From IMG/VR virus record IMGVR_UViG_3300021964_009390, positions 158,462-222,461 of that record: DNA of 64,000 nucleotides; one strand, 5' to 3'. The position numbers were made by a program, and so were the translations under genes. Below are positions 48,678 through 57,149 of the stretch, piece by piece (the first letter of the stretch is position 1; every line of letters begins with the position of its first letter). Under the pieces are notes generated by a model, which saw only the letters and a list, made by a program, of their open reading frames with translations, was not told the DNA's origin and made no database searches.

Positions 48678-49600
48678 ATATATTTGATAGTTTATGGGTC
48701 GAAAAATATCGCCCGGGAACTTTAGATGACATCATGTTATCAGACCAAAACCGGGAAATATTTCAAGAATATAAAAACACTAAACAGGTGCCTAACATAT
48801 TGTTTGTAGGTACTGCCGGTATAGGTAAAACTAGTTTGGCTAAAATTATAGCTAAAGACATTATACCCGAGTCCCAATATTTGTACATAAATGCTAGTGA
48901 CGAGAATGGTATAGACACGATAAGGTTACAAGTAACTAGTTTCGCTAAAACCCGGTCAATAACAAACGAATTGAAAATTGTTATACTTGATGAGGTGGAT
49001 GGTTTAACTATTGACGCTCAACGCGCGTTACGGAACACCATGGAAGAATACAGTAACAACACTCGATTTATATTGACTGCAAACTATAAACATAGAGTGA
49101 TACAACCGCTACAATCTAGATCTCAATCATTTGATCTAACACCCACGATTAAGCAATGCGCAGCTCGGACAATACATATACTCAAGAACGAAAATGTGAA
49201 AGTTGAGGAAAGTCAAAAAAATTTGATTCCGGGTTTTATAAAGCAATACTACCCGGACCTACGTAAAACAATTAATGAGTTACAAAAATGCTGTGTAGAT
49301 GGTGTACTAAAAATAGTTACTAGTTCGCAGCACAGTGAATTAATTGTGAATATATTCAAATTGTTAGACCAGGATAGTCTCAAAGTACGGGAATATGTAA
49401 TAAAAAATGAACAGGTATTTAACAATGATTACCCAATGCTGTTAAAACAAATGTTTGATTACATTATATCAAATAAAGAATCAACTATGGTCAATAAGAG
49501 ACAATTATTAACAATATCAGAACACCTGTACCGATCTGCTATAGTATTAGACCAGGAAATAAATTTTTATAGCTGCTGTATCGCTCTTGAACAGCAATAA
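48674..49600 (+). CDS. gp44: Clamp-loader large subunit gp44 (RFC-like)
   Basis: WVEKYRP, GTAGIGKTS, INASDENGID, ILDEVDGL, Q.ALR, PDLRK, DQEIN. Confidence 0.93.
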   Translation: MNIFDSLWVEKYRPGTLDDIMLSDQNREIFQEYKNTKQVPNILFVGTAGIGKTSLAKIIAKDIIPESQYLYINASDENGIDTIRLQVTSFAKTRSITNELKIVILDEVDGLTIDAQRALRNTMEEYSNNTRFILTANYKHRVIQPLQSRSQSFDLTPTIKQCAARTIHILKNENVKVEESQKNLIPGFIKQYYPDLRKTINELQKCCVDGVLKIVTSSQHSELIVNIFKLLDQDSLKVREYVIKNEQVFNNDYPMLLKQMFDYIISNKESTMVNKRQLLTISEHLYRSAIVLDQEINFYSCCIALEQQ

Positions 49601-50191
49601 TTAAGACATATAATCCATAGTGTAATTACCGCCTTTTTTCCCGGGTGTATTTTTCTCCGGTAGTTTACCACCCACTTCATGTAACTTACCGGTACCATCA
49701 TCTGCTTTTCTTGTTTGATTCTCCGGGCTATCTGGTACTTCTTCTGTCGTTAAAGATACTGGTTCTGGTTTAATTGTTACACGTTCTGGTCCTCTCCAGC
49801 TATCCGGTATAGGAGCTCCAGCACGCTCTCCACCTGGTGCTAAAAATTCACACAAATTAGCTGGTAGTTCTATTTTAGAGTAAGGACATTGCATACCCGG
49901 GGCTAATTCCCTTGCGATCACCGCGCTAATATCATCATGCTCACCGGTAACACCGTCCACAAACAAGTTTAAATCTCCCTCATGCAACTCCTTTACAATA
50001 TCCTGTACAGAACTAGGTTGTTGCTTAAACCAATCGCTAGAAAGTATATTTTCAACAAATTTTACACGGTCACCCGGTGTCAAACCACCCGTTCTTTCTC
50101 GGTTATGAGGTATTCTAAATTGTGTAGATTCATCTACAATCTCAAACCGTTTCATTTCTCTAGCGAAGGATTCATTAAATTTACTGCTCAT
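49601..50191 (-). CDS. Late hypothetical protein, candidate internal head protein
   Basis: MSSKFNESFAREMKRFE N-terminus; tandem TAAATAAATA immediately upstream. Confidence 0.6.
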   Translation of the reverse strand: MSSKFNESFAREMKRFEIVDESTQFRIPHNRERTGGLTPGDRVKFVENILSSDWFKQQPSSVQDIVKELHEGDLNLFVDGVTGEHDDISAVIARELAPGMQCPYSKIELPANLCEFLAPGGERAGAPIPDSWRGPERVTIKPEPVSLTTEEVPDSPENQTRKADDGTGKLHEVGGKLPEKNTPGKKGGNYTMDYMS

Positions 50192-50195
50192 ACTA

Positions 50196-50266
50196 TATTT
50201 ATTTAGTCAATCACTAGTAATTTAAAAGCTAACAAACAATTGTTAATTGAACTCGCGTAATAAATA
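50196..50266. promoter_or_regulatory. Divergent late promoters (50191 ORF / gp25)
   Basis: TAAATAAATA on minus at 50196-50205; AATAAATA on plus at 50259-50266, 6 nt before the gp25 ATG. Confidence 0.65.
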
Positions 50267-50271
50267 ATAGT

Positions 50272-50793
50272 ATGGCGTTGAACATATCCACATTAAAACC
50301 AAAAAAACTAGGCACAACACTAACTGATGGTAAATCAACATACAAGGACATCTCAGATGTATTTGAACTCAAATCAGATTCATCTGGATCACAACTGTAT
50401 GGTGAAAGTCTATCCAAGGACCTAGCTACGGATGTAGATTATAAAGCTATAAGCAACAGCTTACAAAATATATTCAACACGTCACCTGGTGAAAAAATTT
50501 TAAACCCAGCATTTGGGGCAGATTTGAAGAGATATTTGTTTGAACCTATAGATGAAACAACCGCGGAAGTGATAGGTAATGTTATTGTCAAAGCTATAAA
50601 ACTGTATGAACCGCGTGTGACTATAAAAAATGTACAAGTCATCGCTCGCCCGGATGAAAATGAATATATCTTAAATATATTTTTAGAAATACCGGCAATT
50701 AAAACAAGGGATAAAGAGTTTAAATTTAACGGTAAACTAACTGACAGAGGTGTAATGACACAAAGCAACGCATCCGGCCGGTCCGAAATATAA
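50272..50793 (+). CDS. gp25: Baseplate wedge gp25
   Basis: AISNSLQNIF.T.PGEKILNPAFGADL..YLFEP, AI..YEPRV. Confidence 0.9.
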   Translation: MALNISTLKPKKLGTTLTDGKSTYKDISDVFELKSDSSGSQLYGESLSKDLATDVDYKAISNSLQNIFNTSPGEKILNPAFGADLKRYLFEPIDETTAEVIGNVIVKAIKLYEPRVTIKNVQVIARPDENEYILNIFLEIPAIKTRDKEFKFNGKLTDRGVMTQSNASGRSEI

Positions 50794-50800
50794 TATATAT

Positions 50801-52771
50801 ATGAGCACATTTAGAACAAACAGCGACCTAGTAGATTTTACATTACCTAAACAAGGTTATGCAGCTTTTGACGCCGCCGGGCTCAAAAGTTTAATAATTG
50901 AACGTTTAAACACAAACAATGTATTTACAGACCAAAATTTCGAAGGTAGTAATATAAATGCGTTTATAGATGTTATAAGTTATGCCTACCATGTGTTGCT
51001 ATTCTATTTGAATAACACTAGTAATGAGACACTATTTTCTGAAGCTCAGATATACGAGAATATAAACAGAATAGTCAAGAGTATAGATTACAAACCTGTA
51101 GGAACACAATCCCCGGCGTTGACTATTGATGCACTTGCTTCTAGCGCACTTACCCCCGGGACATACACTGTTCCTCGATATTCAAATATAATTACTAGAG
51201 GTGTCAAATACTGCTTCAAAAATGATGTAACTTTTGTCAAAACTAACACTGTAGATGAAGAAATATCTAGTATATCCGGAAAAGAATTATTGTACCAGGG
51301 TACATATCACCAATATCCGGAATATACATCATCCGGGGAACCTAACGAAATATTGACATTAGTCCCGGAAGAAGGAGCTAGCATTGACCATTTTAGCATA
51401 GATGTATATGTGTTAGAAGGTGGTACCGGTGGGCAATACCATCAGTATAATGTATCGACATCACTATTTTTCGAAAGACCTAACAACCGCGCATGTGAAA
51501 TCCGGTTAAATGAAAACAAAAGGTATGAAATCCGGTTCGGTAACGATATAAATGGTAGGCAACTACAAGCTGGTGACGTGGTGTATGTATACTATTTAGT
51601 AACCGATGGAGAAGCCGGGGAGATAGAAGCAAATGCCGCGGTATCAAGATCTGTAACACTGTACTCGTCAAACCAATTGAGCACGTTGTTGGCAAGCGAC
51701 AATATCAAGGGTGAAGGTATAGTGTACATGTCGCAATCTGAAGCAGATAATTTATTAATAAGCAACACCGAACCTAGTTCAAAATACTACACTGGTGAAA
51801 CCGTTGAAGATATACGTACAAACGCTCCGAAAACATTTACAGCTCAATACCGACTAGTGAGTATAAGTGATTATGAATCTTACGTGATATCTAACTATAG
51901 CAATTTTGTAGCAGACGTCAAAGGTATCGACAATGATACATATTTAGACACACATATAAAATATTACTATGATTTAGGATTGAAATCACCAAACTTAGAA
52001 AGTCGTATACTGTATAACCAAGTACAATTTAGTACTAGCTGTAATTTTAACAATTTATATTTGTATTGCGTACCTCGCTTAGAAAAAACCTCTAGTATAA
52101 CTAAAAGAGCTAATTATTTAACATCTGCTCAAAAAGAATTGATAATAAATCAAATGTCTAGGACAAAAACTATTGCATGTGACCCTATAGTAATGGATCC
52201 CGTATATGTGTCAGTGGATATAGGGGTCAGAGGTACTAACGAAACGCTATCATATACTCAACCGCAATCAACTCGGTTAATGATAGTACAGGACGACAAT
52301 AGCCGAGTCAATAGTAACGACATCATACAAAAAGTAGTTAATATATTTAAAACATATTTTAACCCAGTGACTGCAAAAATAGGTATGACAATAGATTTAA
52401 CATCTATAAGTAACGATATATTATCTATACAAGGTGTTAACACATTTTACGTGTACCGTCCGGATCTAGGCGGTACATATGTTGAAGGTTTATCGTTATA
52501 TGTTTGGAATTCAGTATATACTAGTGACACGATCCAAACTACGCAAAACATTACTCTACCCGTGTTCAAATTTCCATTTTTTGAAAATGTAGACACCCTA
52601 GGTGATAAAATAGTAGTAAACCGACAGAGTGACGCGATAAGTGTGTTGAACGCAGCAGGTACAAGCCAGACTGGGGTTATAGATGTAGTAACTACACCTG
52701 TAACAGATTCTACATCTGCAGATTCTACATCTGCTTCTAGCTCAATTTCTCCAGGATCATCTCAATATTAA
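50801..52771 (+). CDS. gp6: Baseplate wedge gp6
   Basis: FTDQNFEGSN, SNE, Y.V.DG..G, IR.NAP..F.AQYRLVS..DY. Confidence 0.88.
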   Translation: MSTFRTNSDLVDFTLPKQGYAAFDAAGLKSLIIERLNTNNVFTDQNFEGSNINAFIDVISYAYHVLLFYLNNTSNETLFSEAQIYENINRIVKSIDYKPVGTQSPALTIDALASSALTPGTYTVPRYSNIITRGVKYCFKNDVTFVKTNTVDEEISSISGKELLYQGTYHQYPEYTSSGEPNEILTLVPEEGASIDHFSIDVYVLEGGTGGQYHQYNVSTSLFFERPNNRACEIRLNENKRYEIRFGNDINGRQLQAGDVVYVYYLVTDGEAGEIEANAAVSRSVTLYSSNQLSTLLASDNIKGEGIVYMSQSEADNLLISNTEPSSKYYTGETVEDIRTNAPKTFTAQYRLVSISDYESYVISNYSNFVADVKGIDNDTYLDTHIKYYYDLGLKSPNLESRILYNQVQFSTSCNFNNLYLYCVPRLEKTSSITKRANYLTSAQKELIINQMSRTKTIACDPIVMDPVYVSVDIGVRGTNETLSYTQPQSTRLMIVQDDNSRVNSNDIIQKVVNIFKTYFNPVTAKIGMTIDLTSISNDILSIQGVNTFYVYRPDLGGTYVEGLSLYVWNSVYTSDTIQTTQNITLPVFKFPFFENVDTLGDKIVVNRQSDAISVLNAAGTSQTGVIDVVTTPVTDSTSADSTSASSSISPGSSQY

Positions 52772-52772
52772 A

Positions 52773-55700
52773 ATGAGTTTACAAGCTGATATACAATACA
52801 CAGTATTGAAAGCTGACCAAGTGTATACATCAGCCCTCACCCCGGTATCCGCTGTACCATGGAACCAACGAGGAGATCCACGCACATTTCCAATAATCCC
52901 GGTTGATTATGACCGGAGCAGTGTTGTATGGGACTTTGGTGACGGTACAACATACACTGGTGTGTCTGCCCAACATATATACACTTGGCCTGGTACATAT
53001 GAAATCTCAATGTATATTATAAACTCAAGCGGTGAACCAGTCAAATCTACTGTGACTGACACTGTTACAGTTTTAGATTTTGTATCAACACAATTCGAAT
53101 ATACAACTGTCAAGGATATAATCGATATACCATCCGGTTCTGTAGTCAATCCGATACAATTAAATTTTGTGTTAAGTTGGCAAAATTACACGATACCCGC
53201 TAGACAAGCACCGTTGTGTGATAGTGGTAAGCAGCATTGGATGAACGGTGGTACATCTCCCGGTTACTGGATGTGCGGTGACACTCATACCGGTGCAGAG
53301 AACCCACCGGTATACACATTTAGCTTGTACGCTAGTGGATCCAATGCACAACCTGTGGACACACGAGCATATCAAAAAGACAAATATGCGCACTTGACCC
53401 CGTCGTGGTATTTCACCAGCGCACAACCAACATTGACATCTACTCCAATTACGTCCCTAGACGTAACAATGCTAGACACACTTACTGGCACTACTGGTGA
53501 TTATAATACATACGAACCCTTGTATTACAGTTATATAGACAACGAGTTTCAACAAGTAACGGCAGATACACCTGGGTCTGTATTCGTAGGTGTGTCCGGT
53601 AATGCCACATTTTATTACGTAGATGATAAACCTAAAGCTAAAACTAGTAATGATACATCTGTCATAATAAATACCCAGTTAGATAGTATCAAGTTACACG
53701 ATAGTCAAACCATTAGAGGGGAAAACCTACCTCTAGTAAAACATAACAATGTAAAAAATAACACACTAGCCAACATCAAGCCTAGGATAAACCTCCCGGC
53801 AAAACTAGGTGTAACCTGCAATGGATTAAATGACTTTCAAATAGGCAAAAACAAATGGGTGAACGGGGAGACCCTTTTCACCATCACAGTACAAGATTCC
53901 ACCGGATTCAACATACTAGACAGCACAGTGATTAACGATACGAACATGAGCCTGTCATTGAAAGACCAATTTGGTAATGACGTGGCTTCAGATCTATATG
54001 ATATAACACATATACAAGATGCAGCCATGGGTTACTACCAAGGATCTATAAACATTAACACACCTATGGATGATGTGAGTGTACATGGTACATTGACATA
54101 CACACCCGCCAGCGGATACACAAGTGATGCTATAGTGGCTTGGTACAACAGCTACAGTGCAACTGATACATACGGGGAAACACATCGAGTATACTATGCT
54201 GAAAATTATGAATATGACAACAGCAAGCTAACAAACAATATAACAACCAGTTTCACTAAAAGTTCTACTAACATTAAAACATCCGGTATTGTGTCTGACA
54301 TAACGTTAACTGACGGAGGATCTAGTATGTTGGCGAGACCCAACGCGGAAATGACCGGGCCCGGAGAAGGTGCAGTACTAGAATGTGTGTATGATGACAC
54401 AGTTAAAAATATAACTGCTGTTAACGTGTTGTCTGGTGGTGTAGGATATGACTCAACATCAACAGTGGATTTCGAAGTGTTTCCTGTTGCTGCTACCAAA
54501 CCGACGGTCAACACTATAACATTGGAAAATAACTACCAAACCACTTTGGCAGCTGTAGCATTAGAAGACCCAAACGTATCTCAACATGCATGGTTACTAG
54601 AAACAGGTCTGAGCCCTAGATTGGTACGAGCTGACACTAGGAATATTGTGAACACCACTGACATAACCGATTATGATGCTAGTTCCACCGGTGCAAATTC
54701 AATCATGCTGGATAGTACCAAGAATGTTTGGATTTTAACAGATAATCGATTGTTAAACATCAACCATGCAGATGCTTCACTGTTAAACAGTTACAACATT
54801 ACTGGTACATGTTTAGAAATAGATACAGAAAATGTATATGTAGGTCACACCACGTCTATAACAAAAAGTCTCATATCCACACCAGACGTACCAGCAGATA
54901 CATACAATGCTTCTAGTAATATTGTATCTATACTATACACGAACACACAGACACTGTATGTATTGAAAAGCAACAACGAAATTGACATAGTGGATGCAAC
55001 CACCATGAGTAGAGTCAGTACTGTAACGCTCCCCTCAGGTTCATACACACAATTGACCACTACTATAGACAATAATGTATATACAAGTTCCAGTACCGGT
55101 ATATTATACAGAATCACCCCCGGTTCATCCATGGAAATTTTGTACGATAACAGTGTAAGTGCACCAAATATAGCAAGTATCTGTGGTGATTCACGCGGAT
55201 ATTTGTGGATGTCCGATACCGCTAACAAGAGAATATGGATAATTGATGGGGAGAACACAACTTCTAGTGATTTGCAAGTGAACAATGATATAACCACTCT
55301 CAAGAAATCTAATATTAACTATACAAATTATCCGAGCGGATTTTCCGGTGACCATCAACTTGTATCAGTTGGAGATCACACCGGTTTCCATTGGTTACAA
55401 AAATATGGTTATCAAAAACAGATCCCAGTCACATTGACTGGTGCTAGCGCTACTTTTAATGTGCATTCCGCATCCGGGAAATATCAAATACGTAAACAAA
55501 ATGAGGAACATGATCATAAAAACATGTTAAAATCTTATGCATTACAACCATGGTTACAAGACAATTACAATTTGTGGGAAAATACAGTATCATACGCTCT
55601 GGGGGATTCTGATTCACTTCCTACCCAAATAGGTAAATTGTATCACGAAAAAATCGCGAATTTTGTGAATAACAACAGTGATATTGACGATTCTAATATC

Positions 55701-56339
55701 GATTCTATACATAGCGATACATTATTGTACCAAGTACCGATTCAAACATATACATTAGATTTTCCACCGTCATTCGCTCGATTGTTCAATATTATATCTA
55801 TAAAACACAAACGATTGTATGGAGAGTTTGACCAGCTCACGGACAATTTTGACCAATTCACTGATTACACCAACCCGTTGAGGGAAAATTTAGGTGAAGA
55901 AATTGATGTTGAAAATTATACATTAACTGTAGGAGAAACCATTGTAGCGTTAGAAAAATTTTCTAAGAAATATACAAAAATTGAAATACCCTTACCTACA
56001 ACAGGTACAACTGACAATTACAACAACATTGTTGGATTAACTACAGACATGAGTATATTGACCGGTAATACATATGATTTCAAACATTACAACGTGTATT
56101 GGAACTGGGGTCTTGTGGCACCGGCCACAACAACAGGCACGGATATTACTAATTACTATGGTTTTTATAAATACAACCCTACTGTTAATCTACCACAAGC
56201 TGAAGGAGTCATCAACTGGAACGATCCACAAAATACATTAGACTCTACCGACCAAACCTATGCATCATGGTCAGATGACACTGGGGTGATGGACAACATG
56301 ATAGAGCACCAGCTTCGCACCGGTTTAGGTATAATATAA
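52773..56339 (+). CDS. Large baseplate/structural protein with PKD domain and probable beta-propeller
   Basis: WDFGDG...HIYTWPGTY (PKD); GxGY repeats; repeated D..GxxW propeller-like motifs; follows gp6. Confidence 0.6.
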   Translation: MSLQADIQYTVLKADQVYTSALTPVSAVPWNQRGDPRTFPIIPVDYDRSSVVWDFGDGTTYTGVSAQHIYTWPGTYEISMYIINSSGEPVKSTVTDTVTVLDFVSTQFEYTTVKDIIDIPSGSVVNPIQLNFVLSWQNYTIPARQAPLCDSGKQHWMNGGTSPGYWMCGDTHTGAENPPVYTFSLYASGSNAQPVDTRAYQKDKYAHLTPSWYFTSAQPTLTSTPITSLDVTMLDTLTGTTGDYNTYEPLYYSYIDNEFQQVTADTPGSVFVGVSGNATFYYVDDKPKAKTSNDTSVIINTQLDSIKLHDSQTIRGENLPLVKHNNVKNNTLANIKPRINLPAKLGVTCNGLNDFQIGKNKWVNGETLFTITVQDSTGFNILDSTVINDTNMSLSLKDQFGNDVASDLYDITHIQDAAMGYYQGSININTPMDDVSVHGTLTYTPASGYTSDAIVAWYNSYSATDTYGETHRVYYAENYEYDNSKLTNNITTSFTKSSTNIKTSGIVSDITLTDGGSSMLARPNAEMTGPGEGAVLECVYDDTVKNITAVNVLSGGVGYDSTSTVDFEVFPVAATKPTVNTITLENNYQTTLAAVALEDPNVSQHAWLLETGLSPRLVRADTRNIVNTTDITDYDASSTGANSIMLDSTKNVWILTDNRLLNINHADASLLNSYNITGTCLEIDTENVYVGHTTSITKSLISTPDVPADTYNASSNIVSILYTNTQTLYVLKSNNEIDIVDATTMSRVSTVTLPSGSYTQLTTTIDNNVYTSSSTGILYRITPGSSMEILYDNSVSAPNIASICGDSRGYLWMSDTANKRIWIIDGENTTSSDLQVNNDITTLKKSNINYTNYPSGFSGDHQLVSVGDHTGFHWLQKYGYQKQIPVTLTGASATFNVHSASGKYQIRKQNEEHDHKNMLKSYALQPWLQDNYNLWENTVSYALGDSDSLPTQIGKLYHEKIANFVNNNSDIDDSNIDSIHSDTLLYQVPIQTYTLDFPPSFARLFNIISIKHKRLYGEFDQLTDNFDQFTDYTNPLRENLGEEIDVENYTLTVGETIVALEKFSKKYTKIEIPLPTTGTTDNYNNIVGLTTDMSILTGNTYDFKHYNVYWNWGLVAPATTTGTDITNYYGFYKYNPTVNLPQAEGVINWNDPQNTLDSTDQTYASWSDDTGVMDNMIEHQLRTGLGII

Positions 56340-56342
56340 ACT

Positions 56343-57119
56343 GTGAAAAATATAACAGTAGTTATACCAATATACAAATTGGACACTCACCGGTATAAAA
56401 ATTTAATGTTCATACTGAATAAACTGTACAGGAAACATAAAATTGTGATTGTGGAACAGATCACCGACTTTTCACACCTTTCATTGCCAGAGATATACAA
56501 TATTAAAAATATAAACCATGTGAAACTTTACAGCGAATGCAAAAACATTAAAAAATGTTGGTTGATAAACATGTCATGCAATTTTGTCAAAACCTCGTTC
56601 ATATGGATAATCGATTGCGATTTTTACATGAACTTTGACACTGTAAAACTCAGTGACGATATGTTAAACAAATATAATTTTATACAACCGTTTGTATACG
56701 CTAGGAATTTGAGTGAATTAGAAACAAAAACGCTACATGACACTGGTCATATTGAAATAAAATATTATGACGGGTTGGAATCCGAGCATCGCCATGTAAA
56801 TGTATACGGTGCGTTAAGTTTTATATTCAATATTAATAAATTCAAACAAATAGGTGGTATGGACGAACAGTATCAGGGATGGGGGTACGAAGATTACGAT
56901 ATATTTCTGAGAATACATGAACAACTCCCTAATGAAAACATATATATCAACAAACAACAGACTGGTATGCATCAGTGGCACCCGGTCATGGAAAACATAG
57001 AAAATCAAGCCAGTAACAACTTAGAAATTTTCCAACAAAAAGACTTCAATTTAACTAAAGTAAATAAAATACTGAAAGCAAAATATTACCAAGATTGGGA
57101 TTTTGGTGATGTGGATTGA
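56343..57119 (+). CDS. GT-A glycosyltransferase (GT2/GT7 galactosyltransferase-like)
   Basis: VVIP, IVIVEQ, IIDCD (DxD), F.QIGGMDEQYQGWGYEDYD, HQWHP. GTG start. Confidence 0.85.
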   Translation: MKNITVVIPIYKLDTHRYKNLMFILNKLYRKHKIVIVEQITDFSHLSLPEIYNIKNINHVKLYSECKNIKKCWLINMSCNFVKTSFIWIIDCDFYMNFDTVKLSDDMLNKYNFIQPFVYARNLSELETKTLHDTGHIEIKYYDGLESEHRHVNVYGALSFIFNINKFKQIGGMDEQYQGWGYEDYDIFLRIHEQLPNENIYINKQQTGMHQWHPVMENIENQASNNLEIFQQKDFNLTKVNKILKAKYYQDWDFGDVD

Positions 57120-57134
57120 AACTCTACATAGTTT

Positions 57135-57142
57135 ATTAAATA
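57135..57142 (+). promoter_or_regulatory. Late promoter of the 57150 gene
   Basis: ATTAAATA, ATG 8 nt downstream. Confidence 0.6.
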
Positions 57143-57149
57143 TAAATGT

